Assembly (NCBI GenBank): GCA_028864975.1
Contig: JAGWLG010000010.1
Location: 26,352-90,351, forward strand
DNA length: 64,000 bases
Direction: 5' to 3'
Origin: Thermoplasmata archaeon
GTDB taxonomy: Archaea > Thermoplasmatota > Thermoplasmata > Lutacidiplasmatales > UBA184
The notes under the pieces were generated by a model. It was given only the letters and a program-made list of their open reading frames with translations. It did no database searches and had not been told where the DNA came from. This document shows positions 63,701 to 64,000 of the stretch, piece after piece (positions within the stretch are counted from its first letter, which is position 1; the number at the start of each line of letters is the position of its first letter). The translations under genes were made by a program, and so were the position numbers.

Positions 63701-64000
63701 CACGAAGGTGCGGGTCGTGCCGTTGAGCGCGCTGACGTTGTTCCCGTAGCAACCCGCAATGTAGATCTCGGTGTTCACCGGGTCGTAGCCGAGGGCGCAC
63801 CAGCCGGGCACCCAGGAAGGGGAGAAGATCACGGCGACGCGGGTGTTGGTTGTCGTATTGATCACAAGCACCGTGCCAGAGGCCGTGCTTGCGGTGAAGA
63901 TCTCGTGGGTGGCCGCGTCGTAAGCGACGCCGACGGGGTTCGCGTCGGTGTAGATCCACTTTACTGGTGCACCTGTGGTGGCGTTGGCCACCTCCACCAT
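60746..64000 (-). CDS. YVTN/YncE beta-propeller surface protein with 4 Ig-like repeats, TM and Pro-rich tail (N-terminus probably beyond the window)
   Basis: 13 visible P..(I/V)..D..N..(L/I)YV.. repeats; four (A/S)..C-x4-C..G.TY.W repeats; TM YALVGVLGTLIALVVVEALVLRKRR. No signal peptide is visible, so the gene is likely 5'-truncated. Confidence 0.88.
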   Translation of the reverse strand: MVEVANATTGAPVKWIYTDANPVGVAYDAATHEIFTASTASGTVLVINTTTNTRVAVIFSPSWVPGWCALGYDPVNTEIYIAGCYGNNVSALNGTTRTFVGGVPTGSAPDAIGYDPVNRDMYVANMNSLNLTVFDAATQASVASVTLPTGAQPSSIAFDSANGDLYVADGQTNSVAVVDPSTQSVVTTVTGGWAPTDVVFDAFNGDLYVTGWGTALNYGGTNLEVIDGASNTVAGTLSIGPTVVPPLTNQEDSPVLAVDPSSGTVFLTGWSTDQLASISPALPVAVQGSVPMGTGPLSMALDPTSGDLYVVNEGGGNVTIFSTANDHVVGWLPAGIAPDAILYDATNGEIYVANEWSDNLTVIDAATGAAVANLQIPWGPGVNPIGLALDTGRSQVDVIGQFYPGYLEVSTSSNTIIGSVLYAGGGSSGPRPYAIAYDGSNQDLYLANPAAGNVSIVSAATGKSVGAVAVGTYPQGVLYDNATNVVYVLNSNSGNVSVIDATTQRSTGSIAVGQLLFGGVIDTNDQLLYVASAPLYPQAKATVINTATSAIVGSFPLGMWQNGFGFDPTNDLVYASNLPGGTLSIISPNGPLLTSVAVAPPSATVAPGGTATFSASATCSTGPCPPGTTFAWSKTNAKGNLSATTGSSVTFTAGSGAGVDTLFVNATLNGKTVQSSGVTVQIVPTLATVLVNPATATVTVGTSQAFAASPTCTGGPCPVGTTYTWNATNTLGSLVPTTGATVTFHAGTVAGTDTLFANGTLNGVRVQSAAVKLTLVPVSSPTLTGVSITAPNPQLTTGGSESLSASPTCTPSPCLSGVTYAWSASNSVGSLTPASGTPVTFTAGPSAGTDVVSVTATLGTSSHSNSVTITVSAGSSAPTVSSVAVTPSSTGVSTGGSTSLVASPTCAPSPCPSTGITYSWSASPSDGSFSMTTGTTTTYTAGSTAETVTITVTASLGSSSAQGTATVTVSASTSTSTPPAEFLGLPALEGYALVGVLGTLIALVVVEALVLRKRRTPPTSFLAPPAPSTPAAPAAPSVPAPPAPPTPSPPPPPPSAPPVSYPPAAPPLPASYPPSVPPPPTGPG

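Noticed and set aside
1-64000. Most long alternative-frame ORFs in the track (e.g. 76-1200, 3573-5150, 10085-12430, 13499-15511, 16085-18091, 31490-32896, 54888-56414, 60723-63011)
   Set aside because: They are Arg/Gly/Pro/Ala-rich shadows antisense or out of frame to well-supported genes, as expected at about 70% GC, and carry no motifs.
1-64000. rRNA, tRNA, CRISPR arrays and IS/transposase/integrase genes
   Set aside because: By-eye reading found no T-loop GTTCRA cloverleaf, rRNA-length gap, regularly spaced repeat-spacer array or DDE/tyrosine recombinase motif. tRNAscan-SE or CRISPR tools were not run.

Overview
A high-GC archaeal chromosomal segment. It is most consistent with a Thermoplasmata lineage outside the Thermoplasmatales sensu stricto: it carries DnaK, RaSEA, RbkR, a long-form eL41, a DUF835-like domain and both Topo VI subunits. 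No rRNA, tRNA, CRISPR array or transposase was recognised. Layout: (1) 1-7 kb, housekeeping and heat-shock genes: a STAND-TPR fragment, RaSEA-rbkR-lsm, hsp20-dnaK without grpE/dnaJ, and thioredoxin. (2) 8-12 kb, M20 amidohydrolase, VOC, DUF1801 and SufS-like genes. (3) 12-18 kb, a co-oriented osmotic/ion-stress run: TreT-like GT4, MscS, HAD, stand-alone RCK, CPA1 antiporter, USP. (4) 19-22 kb, an ABC-2 exporter plus ParB-like and DinB proteins. (5) 22-39.6 kb, a cell-envelope island: giant type-I surface proteins (Kelch-PKD, IPT/Ig, PQQ-propeller), each translationally coupled to a small polytopic membrane protein (two of them claudin-like tetraspans), with seven cytoplasmic zinc ribbons and Pro-rich tails. 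This is the best candidate for an undescribed system. (6) 40.6-46.3 kb, a dapA-dapB-lysC-lysA-dapL lysine operon lacking asd and dapF, preceded by tandem Lrp/Ptr2-like boxes. (7) 46.4-49.3 kb, two paralogous orphan vapB-like antitoxins, each followed by a decayed vapC stub, plus a GNAT and small ORFs. (8) 49-64 kb, a STAND ATPase with an inserted DUF835-like domain, top6AB, an AAA_14/DUF4143 ATPase, 5-FCL and two more large surface proteins. Two intergenic regions (about 3.6 kb and 8.0-8.4 kb) look like structured RNAs. All family calls come from motif recognition by eye; no searches were run.
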